64,000 nucleotides of DNA, taken from the NCBI GenBank assembly GCA_951406725.2, contig OX597825.1, forward strand, positions 62,372,001 through 62,436,000, written 5' to 3'. The position numbers were made by a program, and so were the translations under genes. The notes below the pieces were generated by a model. It saw only the letters and a list, made by a program, of their open reading frames with translations. It was not told where the DNA came from and did no database searches. Shown here one piece after another: positions 51,547-64,000 of this stretch (within the stretch, counting starts at the first letter, position 1; each line of letters starts with the position of its first letter). Source of the DNA: Octopus vulgaris. Lineage: Eukaryota.

Positions 51547-51645
<99 letters not shown>

Positions 51646-51957
51646 GTACATATATGTCTTTCTTCATCTCCTTATTCATATTCTCCTGTCCTCTGTGTCA
51701 TCATTTCATTAATCTATACCCTTCTCATTTTCCCTCTCTGTGTCCAATGACAGAATGTCCCATACTCTGGGATATCCCAGAAACAGCTGTAAGACTTTGA
51801 ATTTTTCCAATAACAATAATGTATGAGTTGAGATTTTTGTCTTGCCTTAATGTTTGTTTTCCTTTTTAACAATTATATGTATATATGTGTGTATGTGTGT
51901 AAATATGTGTGTGTAGATATAGATATATATATAGATATGTGTATGTGTATGTGTGTT

Positions 51958-51991
<34 letters not shown>

Positions 51992-52355
51992 TGTTTGTAT
52001 ATTTTTTTATTTCAGTCATCAGACTGTCGCCATGCTGGAGCACTAAATTGAAGAGTCAGTAGTTGAGCAAATTGACCCAAGTTCTTACATTTTATTAAGC
52101 CTGGCCCTTTTTCTATTGGACACTTTTTGCTAAACCACTAAATTACAGGGACATAAACGCACAAACATCGGTTGTCAAGCAATGATGGGGGACAAATAGA
52201 GACACAAAGTCACGTATATATATATATATATATATATTGTTATATTTCGGAATGGTCATATTGCCAGTTTAGCCAATAAAAACACACGCACTATATATTC
52301 GGTGTTATTTTGCTTCAGTGATATTTATTTTTTACATTAATCTTAATCTTATTTC

Positions 52356-52400
52356 GGCCAAAGTTCTTTCGTCACACTCCTGTGACCGCATCAGTGGTCC
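52356..52400 (-). ncRNA. Variant hammerhead-like motif in the PLE terminal repeat (left arm)
   Basis: ggacca-CTGATGCG-gtcaca ggag tgtgac-GAAA-gaac-TT-tggcc; in sense with the GIY-YIG ORF. Confidence 0.55.
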
Positions 52401-52912
52401 TTTGTTTTCTTCTCACTTACTTGTGTCTCTCCTTACTAACCGTCAGCCATTTTGTATTTCTATTGTATGTCTTCATTTGCGCATGCTTATATCTCTATGT
52501 GCGTCTATGTTTATTTAGTGTGTGTGGGGGGGGATGCCTGTAATATTTGTATCTTCTGGTTATATACATTCTTGTAATTTGTATTTTGTTTTTGTTGTTG
52601 TTGCTTTTGTTCTAATTTTGTTCATGTGTTTACATCCACCCATTATCATCATTACATATGCTTGTATGTATGTATAACAACAATATTAGTAATAATAATA
52701 ATAAATCTAATCGAAAAAAAAAAAAAAATATACATATACACATATATATATACATACACATACATATACATATATATATATATATATACATATATACACA
52801 CATATATACACATATACATATACATATATATACACATATACATATATATAGATATTCATTTCTATTTCTTTAATTACCTGTGTATTTATTATGTTTGCAG
52901 GATCCACTATTG

Positions 52913-53345
52913 TCATATGTTGTGGTGTGCGCTATTGCTCCATTCTAGTTTTCTATTCAGGCTAGGTTTATTTTCTATTATATGTGTAGCTTCTGTAATT
53001 TGTCTAATTGTTGCATCTGTTCTATGTGTGGACAATATCTTAATCTCTATGTTATTGATTGATCCCCCGTGTTCTTGTTCGGCGTGTTGGTACAGAATCG
53101 ATGAGCTTTTACCTTCCTTGAGTTGTCTCCAATGTTCATTCACCCGCTCACCAATGCTTCTTGCAGTTTCCCCTATGTATGTTACTGTCTTGTTACTGCA
53201 TTGTCCCTCTATACATCTTATACTATAGACCACATTTCTGGCTTTACAGTTCGTTTGTGGGCTAAATCTACATACAGTGCAATAGTTATCCGTACAGAGA
53301 GTTCTACTAAAAGGATAGCTTCTACCAATTATAGATCTGATAGAA
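52913..53345 (-). pseudogene. GIY-YIG endonuclease domain of a Penelope-like element (5'-truncated)
   Basis: Cys-rich linker then [44 protein letters not shown]. Confidence 0.9.
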
Positions 53346-54098
53346 TTAAGGTTGTTGAAAAGCCAGGCAACCCTATCAGATCTATAATTGGTAGAAGCTA
53401 TCCTTTTAGTAGAACTCTCTGTACGGATAACTATTGCACTGTATGTAGATTTAGCCCACAAACGAACTGTCTAACTCAGGAAGTAAAAGCCTGATTCTGT
53501 CCAACACGCCGAACGAACACGGGGATAGAAAACTAGAATGGAGCACATATAATAGCGCACACAATAGCGCACACCACATATGACAATAGTGGATCCTGCA
53601 AACATAATAAATACACAGGTAATTAAAGAAATAGAAATGAATATCTATATATATGTATATGTGTATATATATGTATATGTATATGTGTATATATGTGTGT
53701 ATATATGTATATATATATATATATATGTATATGTATGTGTATGTATATATATATGTGTATATGTATATTTTTTTTTTTTTTTTTTCGATTAGATTTATTA
53801 TTATTATTACTAATATTGTTGTTATACATACATACAAGCATATGTAATGATGATAATGGGTGGATGTAAACACATGAACAAAATTAGAACAAAAGCAACA
53901 ACAACAAAAACAAAATACAAATTACAAGAATGTATATAACAAGAAGATACAAATATTACAGGCATCCCCCCCCACACACACTAAATAAACATAGACGCAC
54001 ATAGAGATATAAGCATGCGCAAATGAAGACATACAATAGAAATACAAAATGGCTGACGGTTAGTAAGGAGAGACACAAGTAAGTGAGAAGAAAACAAA

Positions 54099-54143
54099 GG
54101 ACCACTGATGCGGTCACAGGAGTGTGACGAAAGAACTTTGGCC
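54099..54143 (+). ncRNA. Variant hammerhead-like motif in the PLE terminal repeat (right arm)
   Basis: Inverted copy of 52356-52400. Confidence 0.55.
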
Positions 54144-54318
54144 GAAATAAGATTAAGATTAATGTAAAAAATAAATATCACTGAAACAAAATAACACCAA
54201 ATATATAGTGCGTGTGTTTTTATTGGCTAAACTGGCAATATGACCATTCCGAAATATAACAATATCTGTTTCAACACACGACTTCACATAAAAAATCTTG
54301 CACAACAAATATTTAAAC

Positions 54319-54359
<41 letters not shown>

Positions 54360-54544
54360 TACATGATGAGCTTCTTTCAGTTTTCGTCTACTAAATCCAC
54401 TCACAAGATTTTGGTGGATTGAAGACTAGAGTGAAGACACTTTTCACAGGTGCCATGCAGTGGGACTGAACCTGGAACAGTATGGTTGGGAAGTAAGCTT
54501 CTTCCCACCCAGTCATGCCTATATACAATATATATTTGTACACA

Positions 54545-54760
54545 AGGTGGTGAGCTGGCAGAAGCGTTAGCACGCTGGGTAAAATGCTTAGCAGTGTTTT
54601 GTCTGTCTTTATGTTCTGAGTTCAAATTCCACCAAGGTCAACTTTGCCTTTCATCTTTTTGGGGGTCAATAAATTAAGTACCAATTTCATACTGGGTCAA
54701 TCTGATCGACTGGTTCACTTACCAAAATTTTCAGGCCTTATGCCTAGAGTAGAAAAGAAT
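54545..54760 (+). mobile_element. SINE family B
   Basis: GGTGGTGAGCTGGCAGAAGCGTTAGCACG..GAGTTCAAATTCC. Confidence 0.85.
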
Positions 54761-55908
54761 ATATAATTATATACTTACACACACACATGCATGCATGCGC
54801 ACACACACACACATCAGGGGTACTAATAAAAGAACCAGATCTCAGAGATGCAATTTTGGCAGTTATATATTAGAATAATTAATTAATTTTAATGAATTAA
54901 GTCATAAATATAATACATTTTTTTAAGAAAATAATTTATAAAATTTAAGAAAAATATATTACAAATTTTTAAAAGTATTTTTAAAGCATGTACAATACAT
55001 AAGCTTCAATAGTTCTAAAGTTTATTTTACAATTTTATCCTAACCAATCATTGTTGTGGCATTCAGTGTTTCTCTCCTTAGATATCTTTTAGTTAGGAGG
55101 AAGCCAATGCCCTAATACCAGTGACCTGGTCCACATACTTGTCCCTGATTGAACTCAAGTGCAAGGTCAGGTGGTTGAACCCGGCATAGATTATGTCTAC
55201 CAATAAAGCAAGCTATGACAGGATTTGAACGCAGATCATTAAGAGACAAAGAAAATACTGAAAGTTATCTTGTCTGATGTTCTAAGTGTTTGGTTAAATC
55301 ACTGCTCTGGATAAGTAAATTTTTATTGATCCCAAGATGGTGGAAAAGTAAGTTGGCTTCAGCAGGATTTGAACCTGGTGTTGCACTGCACTTTGTGAGT
55401 TATTTTATCCAACACCGAAACAGTTGTACCGATTCAACTAGTGAAATCTAAAGTTATAAAATGTTTGGGATTTGTGGTTTTTATATGGACTCAGAAAATT
55501 GAATCAAATTAAACAAATGCATTTGGAAAACATTTATTTCTTTATTTCACTCCAGACAATATTCCAAAAGAAACTGCTGGAAAGGTTGTATATTGTTTGA
55601 TATTTCACAATACATCCTCTCTGTGGTATTATTTATTTAAATGCAATCCAAAGTGTATATGAATGTAAATTTAATATCAGTTATAAATGCAAAAGCTAAT
55701 TAAATATATGCAAAAAGTAGAGAGAGAGAGAGAGAGAAACGGAGAGAGAGAGAAAGTGTATGTGTGTAAGATATATATATATATATATATATATTTATAA
55801 ACAGAGAGAGATATAGTGAGAAAGAGCGAGAATGTGTGTGTGTCTTAGACACACACACATATATATATACATACTCATATACATATACATATATATATAT
55901 ATGGACAT

Positions 55909-55970
<62 letters not shown>

Positions 55971-55980
55971 ATAAATACAT

Positions 55981-56032
<52 letters not shown>

Positions 56033-56037
56033 CATCT

Positions 56038-56070
<33 letters not shown>

Positions 56071-56868
56071 CATATACAGAAAGAGAGAGAGGGTGAGGAA
56101 GGGAAGAAAATGATATTTATAATAGGAGCATAGAATGCAAAGAAATATTTATTATTAATTCATGTAGACCAACAAAAGATTTCAGCAAAGTTCCACAGGG
56201 TCTCTGTTTTTCATTTCGTACAATGGTGAGGATGAAGAACCCATGCATAGTAACATATCACAGACTATCAGAGAAATCATAAATGATGCCAAGTGAAGTG
56301 TCAGCACATTTTTACAGAGAGAAAAGTTGAAATGTAGAATGTCAGAGTCTTTCTTTCTGCCGCTGTTTTATTTGTCTGCTTTTATAAATATGAAGTATTT
56401 CCAGATGATTCTACTTAAACATAGTAATTCTAAATTCTAACTGTGTATGCAAATATTCTGTAAATATGTTACATAATTGAACACATTCAATAGAATTTCT
56501 TCAAGTCTAAAGGCGACTGAAACAATGTTTGTATCAATTATCTAAAAAAAAAAGCACACACAAAAAAAATGACTGGTTAGATATTTTATTGTACACCTAT
56601 ATTCATATACATTATATATACACACATACATATATATATATATATGTTGCATATAAGTAGTATATATGTGCGTGTATTCTTATATCTATATATCTACCTA
56701 TATATATATACACAGATGAAAAACAGTTTAAGGTCTTTTCTACAAACTGAAATGTTATTATCCTTATCATTATCATCATCACATCATCATCATTGCCTCA
56801 CCATCATCACTATAACCTTAATGATGGTTATGACGAATATGACAACAGCGACGACAATGATGATGATA

Positions 56869-56928
<60 letters not shown>

Positions 56929-58150
56929 CTTTCTTGTTATCACCATTGTCATCATCAGTAGCATCAACATCACTTTAACCACTATCACATCACCACCCCC
57001 ACTACCATCGTCACACTCACCATCAACACCCCACCCCCACCACTACTGCTATCATCATCATGATCATCAGGATCATCATCATCATTCTCTACTTCCCATA
57101 CTGGTTTGGGCTGTTAGGCTCAACAGAATGCAACAGGTTGAAGACCATGGTTTGCTGCAGTATCTCAATTTCGCCATGGTTTCTACAGTTAGATCTCTGG
57201 TTAGATGCCGTTCTTAATATCAACGACTTTACATTAGCATGAATGAGGTCGTCATAGAATTATGCAAGGTGTCGAAATGTGAAGCATTAGTAGCTACATA
57301 ATTATATTTTATTGAACCCAGAGAAGGAAGAGATGAAAAATATTTTAAGATATTTTCACAAATACCTTACACATTGCTGAAAAGAATTTTCCAAGAGAAT
57401 TAAAAGTTGGTCATGGCATGTCCCCAAATTTGCCAAGAAGTACCCACCTCTGTATTGAAAGAATGTCATCTGAAGTGGTTCTGTTTCCAAAACACATTCA
57501 TGAAGTTGAGTATGAAAGTAGTAGTGGATTGAATTTAATTGAATATATGGGTCTAATAAATATTACACCAAGATTAGATACGGTGTTTGACGTTTTCTCA
57601 GTGCTTTCTTCTAACATGTATTTGTTTCCATTTTATTCCATTGTAGAAAATATAATGTGTGTGTATGTGTGTGTGTGTGGAGCAACCCTAAAAGTGTTTA
57701 ATAAAAGTATGTTTTGCATAGGAATTAATCAATTCATATAGTATATGATACATTTTGTGTGCCTCTGTGTGTATGTGTGTATCTATACACATATTTTCTA
57801 TACATGAAAATATAAAGGAATTTTTATTTCCAATATATAAAAGCAAATACACATATTAGTTTTATTTGGAAATACATCATAACTTTATGTTTGTGTGTGT
57901 GTGTGTTTGTGGATATGTGTGTGTGTTTGTGGATGTGTCTGTGCTTGTGTGTTTGTGTGTATGCGGTGCATATTGGCTGGTACATCACAAAAAATTATAA
58001 CTATTGATGTTTCTACACTTCACGTACACACCTATATTCATATACATTATATATACTCACATACATGTATCTATGTTGCATATAAGTTATATATACGTGT
58101 GTGTGTACATATATCTATCTATCTATATATATATATCATATACAAATATA

Positions 58151-58199
<49 letters not shown>

Positions 58200-58885
58200 G
58201 TATGTATGTATGTATATATACACATGCACACACACACACACATATATATACACACACACACATATACATGAGCAATAATGTAAATATACGTACCTATGTG
58301 TGTGTAAATAACAATTTTCCAACACAGATATTTATTATCTTGATTTCTTTGTTCACTTTTGAAATATGGGATTTTTAAAAATTTAATTCCAAATTAAAAT
58401 TCTTTTTCTATCACCTTACAAATCATAACTATTCATTTATTCTTACAATTTCACTAGATTAAATTTCCGTCTATGACATGGAAACTAACATACACCCATT
58501 TGTTGAGCAAAAATATATGGTTTCTATTTAAACCCTTAAACAGTTCTATTTTAGCGAAATTTTATGAATCTTTGCAGGTTTCTCTGCTTAATAATATTTT
58601 GGTTAAACATCGAGTTTATTTGGTTATACTATTTCTATGGGTTTCAATTAATGTAACTGTCTCTGAATTTTTAATGCATACTTACACAAACACATACAGA
58701 AATATACTTAACTCAAACACTTACACGCACACACACACACATACATTTGATGACACACTCACATCAATTGAAATTAATGTCGATATGACATCAGCCGGAA
58801 TGTTAATAGAAATAAAACTAAGAATATAAAATATATTTTGATTTATGTTTCTTTTTCTCTTCTTATTTGTTTACTATTGTTGCTG

Positions 58886-58934
<49 letters not shown>

Positions 58935-58950
58935 CATTATTATTATTATT

Positions 58951-59337
58951 AAGGCAGTGAGCTTGCAGGATCGTTAGCATGGTGTGTGAAATGCTTAGCG
59001 GTATTTCATCTGCCACTATGTTCTGAGTTCAAATTCCGCCGAGGTCAACTTTACCTTTCATCCTTTTGGGGTTGATAAATTAAGTACCAGTTACGCACTG
59101 GGGTCGATGTAATCGACTTAATCCATTTGTCTATCCTTGTTTCTCCCCTCTGTGTTTAGCCCCTTGTGGGTAGTAAAGAAATAACTATGTTCTGAGTTCA
59201 AATCCCACCAAGATGGACTTTGCCTTTCCTCCCTTCAAGGTTGATAAATTAAGTAACAGTTAAGTACTGTGGTCAATGTGATCGATTATCCCCTCCCACA
59301 CAAAAATTCAGGCTATGTGCCTATAGTAGAAAAGATT
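58951..59337 (+). mobile_element. SINE family B with a second 3' body
   Basis: ACTATGTTCTGAGTTCAAAT at ~59015 and ~59184. Confidence 0.85.
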
Positions 59338-59369
59338 AGCATCATCATCATCATTTAGTAGTGTCATTT

Positions 59370-59705
59370 TTATCATGTACTTTTGCTGCACTACCAAGTG
59401 CAGTTCCATGTCCTTCGGTATGTGTAGTGGTTTGTCTTGGTGTTGGTATTTTCTCTGTAATGAAAGTGTTTTATGCAGGATGTGTGTGCTGCCTCATAGT
59501 ACTATTTCCTGTACGTTATATATAAATCTGTAAGTTCAGGTGTTTTGGTTATGTATTTATCTAAATGTTTTTTAATCATACCTAATGCACCTATTATTAT
59601 AAGGATTTTTTTCTGTTTTTAGGTTCCACATTCAGGTTGTTTCTATTGCCAGATCTTTGTTCTTTGAGAGTTTCTCTGTTTCATTTAGAGATACATTGCC
59701 ATATG
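59370..59705 (-). mobile_element. Dong/R4-clade 3' end, decayed
   Basis: NVSLNETEKLSKNKDLAIE..MWNLKT..THILHKTLS; next to (TAA)n. Confidence 0.7.
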
Positions 59706-59719
59706 TTTGAATTGAATTG

Positions 59720-59764
<45 letters not shown>

Positions 59765-59804
59765 GTTATTATTATTATTATTTTTATTATTATTATTATT
59801 ATTA

Positions 59805-60105
59805 TTCTATGTTTGACTTTTGCTTTATATTTGTACAAGCTGGCTCCAAGTCTCACCCAGAGACCTCAAGAGACAACAGGTTGGAAGTTCATGTTGTTGT
59901 TATGCCTAGTGTGCCATATATTTTTTTTTTTCGGTGTTGTACTAGTGAATGTCAAAAAAAAAAAGAAAAAAACGAAAATTATGTTTGTTTTAAACCCTGA
60001 GATTACATAGAAAGTATTTTGCGTAGGATATGAACAGTTCCCATGAGCACTATCTTTTAAATTTCTGCCATTTTTGGGTTTCCTGGTATCTGAGTTAGGT
60101 AGCAA
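59805..60105 (-). mobile_element. Dong/R4-clade 3' end, short
   Basis: PKMAEI.KIVLMGTVHILRKILSM followed by 3' UTR and (TAA)n. Confidence 0.65.
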
Positions 60106-60113
60106 TTATTCTT

Positions 60114-60173
<60 letters not shown>

Positions 60174-60533
60174 TTCATCATCATCCTTATCATAATTCTC
60201 ATCATCAGCAGCAGCAGCAGCATTATTATTTCTATTATTACATTTTTCTTTAATGTGGTGACCTGGCAGAACTGTTTACCTTATCAAACAAAATGCTCAC
60301 TGTCATTTCTTCTGGCTCTTTACATTCTGAGTTCAAATTCTGCCAAGTTCAAAATTGCTTTTTATCCTTACATGGATGATAACTTAAGTACCTTTCAAGC
60401 CCTGAGGTCAAAGTAATCAACATCCTCCTACACTCAAAATTGCTGGCCTTGTACCAAAATTAGAAAGGCTTGTTTCATTATTACTATTATTATTATTATT
60501 ATTGTTGTTGTTGTTGTTGTTATTATATTATTA

Positions 60534-60577
<44 letters not shown>

Positions 60578-60608
60578 TTATTATTATTACCATTACTATC
60601 ATTATTAC

Positions 60609-60656
<48 letters not shown>

Positions 60657-60724
60657 AATTATTATTATCATTACTATTACTATTATTATTACTATTATTA
60701 ATACTATTATTATTATTATTATAG

Positions 60725-61125
60725 ACATCGCACAGTATACAACATCCTGAGGCTGTTGAATGAAGATATTGTGTCTACTGGGTGGGGTTTGTACTGTTTG
60801 TCAAGTCACAACAAGGACCTCAGACAGACAGTACTTTACGCAATATGCGTGCAGTTCCAAGTAATGCTGATTTTTGCAACACACTTACATTGTAGGGTAT
60901 CTCTAAGGCTTTCAGATGTTTTTTTTCAGATTGGGTGGTATTGAACCCAATGCTCCAATGACAATAGGGATAACCTTTATGTTTGACTCTCGTAGCTGCC
61001 ACATCTTAGTGATCTCAGTTCTCAGGTCTCTATATTTATCAACCTTTTCTCTTTCTTTCATGATGATATGTTGATCCCCTGGCCCTACCACATCAATTAT
61101 TAGGCACCCTTGTTTGTCCATCCTA
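60725..61125 (-). mobile_element. Dong/R4-clade 3' end (restriction-like endonuclease)
   Basis: CLIIDVVGPGD..KEREKVDKYRDL..VIPIVIGALGSIP..LQKSALLGTARILRKVL; ~250 bp (TAA)n downstream at 60475-60722. Confidence 0.85.
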
Positions 61126-61137
61126 AAGGTTACTATT

Positions 61138-61426
61138 AAGGCAGCAAGCTGGCAGACTTGTTAGCATGCTCTATGAAATGCTTGTCAGTTGCTACATTCT
61201 GAGTTCAATGTGCTCATCTCTACATTCTGAGTTCAAATTCCAGCAAAGTCGACATTGCCCTTCATGCTTTTGGTGTTGATAAGTTAAGTTCCAGTTGCGT
61301 ACTTGGTCGAGCTTATCGGATAGTCCCTTCCCCTCAAAATTTCAGTCCTTATGCCTATAGTAGAAAGGATTATCATTATTATTATTATTATAATTATCAT
61401 CATCATCATCATTGTTGTTGTTGTGG

Positions 61427-61458
<32 letters not shown>

Positions 61459-61902
61459 ATTAAGGTGGTAACCTGGCAGAACCATTCGCATGCCAGGCAA
61501 AGTGCTTAGTGGCATTCCATCTGTCTTTATATTCTGAGTTCAAAGTCAGCCAAAGTCGACTTTACCTTTTATCCTTTTGGGGTCGATGAAATAAGTACCA
61601 GTTACGCACTGGGGTCAATGTAATCGATTAGTCTCCCTCACACAAAATTTTCAAGGCCTTGTGCCTAGAGTAGAAATAATTATTATCATTAGTAGTAGTA
61701 TTAGTATTAATATCAGTAGCAGTTAGCATACCAGCAGCAGCAGTATTTCGTCTAGCACTATTTTCTGAGCAGCTGCCGAGGTCAGCTTTACCTTTTATCC
61801 TTTCGAGGGTCGATGAAATAAGTACCAGTTACGCACTGGGGTCGATGAAATCGATTAGTCTCCCTCCCCCAAAATTTTCAAGGCCTTGTGCCTAGAGTAG
61901 AA
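61138..61902 (+). mobile_element. Cluster of three SINE family B copies separated by triplet microsatellites
   Basis: Copies at ~61138, ~61462 and ~61743; another at 60255-60468. Confidence 0.85.
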
Positions 61903-61956
61903 ATAATAATAATCATTATTATTATTATTAGTAGTAGTATTAATATCAGCAGCAGC

Positions 61957-61999
<43 letters not shown>

Positions 62000-62509
62000 A
62001 TATCAGCAGCAGTAGCAGTTACAGCAGCAGCAGCAGCAGTAGTCGTCTATTTTGGATTAAAAACTTCGATCTAGATATATACAAAGAAAGAAGAATTTTA
62101 GCAATTTAAGTAGCATGGGGAAATGGTGCCAAGCCTGCCAGAGTTTCTAATTTCATTTTCACATTTACTTCTATGTGGAGTAGAATCTATTGTCAAACAA
62201 ATTGATAATGATGTAGAGAAATGTTTCCGATGAAATGGAGATTGGTAGAATGACATCAATTGTAGCAAAGCTAATATAATCTAGAACATTCCATTAAGTA
62301 ACATTTTGAAGACATCATGGTTACAGGCCAAGGAAATAATAAACATGTTGGTCAACAATATCATGGTGATACACAGATCTTGGAGCCTGTAAACAGAAGC
62401 GAGTTGGCTAAATGTTTAAGAAATGGTAATAGGAATTTCTTAGGAATGCCATCTGCATGAAATGTAATAGTTGAGTGCTTGCTGGTGCAATGTAAAAGCA
62501 GGTGTGCTG

Positions 62510-62938
62510 GTGCCACATCTAAGGGTCCAATCTGGTGCCATGTAAGAAAAAGCACCCAGTACATTCTGTGAAGTGGTCGGTGTTAGGAAGGGCATCCAGC
62601 TGTAGGGACCATGCCGAAACAGGCAACCTGGGCTACTCTCCAGTCAGCCAGCTCCTGTCAAACCTTCCAACACATGCCAGCATGGAAAACAAACTGTAGA
62701 TGACGTAGACGATGTTGATGATGATGATGATGATGATGATGATGACAATGATGATGATGACGATGATGATGATGACAATGATGATGATGACGATGATGAT
62801 GATGACGATGATGATGATGATGATGATGATAACGATGATCATGATGAGGATGATGATGATAACGATGATGATGATGATAATGATGATGATGATGATGATG
62901 ATGAGGATGACGATGATGATGATGATGATGATGATGAC

Positions 62939-63006
<68 letters not shown>

Positions 63007-63239
63007 CGATGATGATGATGATGAAGATGAGGATAACGATGATGGTGATGATAATGATGATGGTGATGATAATGATAATGATGATGATAACGATGATGAT
63101 GATGATGAAGATGATGATGATGAGGATTACAATGATGATGATGACAGTGATGATGATGATGATGATAACGATGATGATGATGAGGAGGAGGATAACGATG
63201 ATGATGATGATGATGATAATGATGATAATGATGATGATA

Positions 63240-63272
<33 letters not shown>

Positions 63273-63360
63273 ATGATGATGATGACAATGATAACGATGA
63301 TGATGATGACGATGATGATGATGATGATAATGGTGGTGGTGGTGGTGGTGGCAGTAGTAA
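62510..63360 (+). repeat. RTE 3' fragment followed by a ~620 bp expanded (GAT)n tail
   Basis: TTAGGAAGGGCATCCAGC..CATGCCAGCATGGAAA then GAT repeats 62712-63330. Confidence 0.9.
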
Positions 63361-64000
63361 TTATGAGAAGCAAAAAAACAATTCTGATTATTAGATTTCT
63401 TTGACAGTAAGGAGCTGAGGACATAACGAAGGTTTGATCATTAAAGTTAATCAAATTTAGCCAAGACAAAGGAGATGGAAATCCAAATTGTTTTCATCTC
63501 TTCTTGAGGTTATGTATAACTCTCCTCAATGTAAAGGTAAATTTAATTGGCTGGAATTAAGTTTTGTTTACTCATTTCATTATGTGTATAAGTACTCATT
63601 CAACTGTTAAGTTTGATTTTTCTTCAGCCATTTTGCCATGCCAACTTCTGCGTGTATGCATATATATTCATACATAGTTTACGTACGTAGTGGTTTTACT
63701 TTTATCTTATATTAAACTTTTTGATAGTTATATATATTTAAAAAAAATATATAAATATAAATTAATAATTTTAATTTTAAATTTAAATTATTTAAATTTT
63801 TCAATTTTATATTTTATGTATTTTGTATATTATATTATTTTTATTTTTATGTTTTGGTTCATGTTTCTCATGGTTTGATTTGCCTAATAGTGGTTTTATC
63901 TCTAATTTAATTTATATATATATCCCTCTCTCTCTCTTTCGGAGAGGCACAAGCACCTACACGCACATATACACACACGGCAGTAACTCCCACCTGCCGA

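Larger units (their letters stand above)
52236..54320. mobile_element. Penelope-like element, head-to-head fold-back structure inside the (TA)n of a split SINE A
   Basis: Near-identical inverted arms ~52236-52957 and ~53526-54263; inner palindrome 53246-53343 / 53372-53470; SINE halves at 52005-52215 and 54362-54520, both on the minus strand. Confidence 0.9.

Noticed and set aside
62633-63469. Poly-Ile/poly-Met ORFs, and the many YI/CV/HT-repeat ORFs elsewhere
   Set aside because: Translations of (GAT)n, (TA)n and (CA)n microsatellites.

Overview
AT-rich, repeat-saturated eukaryotic genomic DNA with no confidently identifiable host protein-coding gene. The SINE, RTE and microsatellite repertoire looks like an Octopus (cephalopod) genome; this is an inference from recalled repeat sequences, not a search result. 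Almost all ORFs in the track are microsatellite or SINE artefacts. Recognisable content: four tRNA-derived SINE families (here called A-D), a young 5'-truncated RTE LINE (RT C-terminus with an embedded PHD-like finger and a 60-62 bp 3' UTR array), many RTE 3' fragments with (GAT)n tails, Dong/R4-type endonuclease 3' ends in triplet microsatellites, decayed Tc1/mariner elements, three non-autonomous Helitrons, a piggyBac-type MITE and a CCA-tailed tRNA-Trp pseudogene. The most interesting signal is a set of Penelope-like (PLE) insertions, mostly in (TA)n tracts. One is a ~2 kb fold-back element encoding a GIY-YIG endonuclease. Several are short non-coding relatives carrying minimal type-I hammerhead ribozyme motifs with palindromic stem III (7291-7353, 20105-20208, 38251-38323, plus variants and relics). 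Two AT-rich inserts are accompanied by inverted duplications of the flanking target DNA. All coordinates were read by eye and element ends may be off by a few bases.
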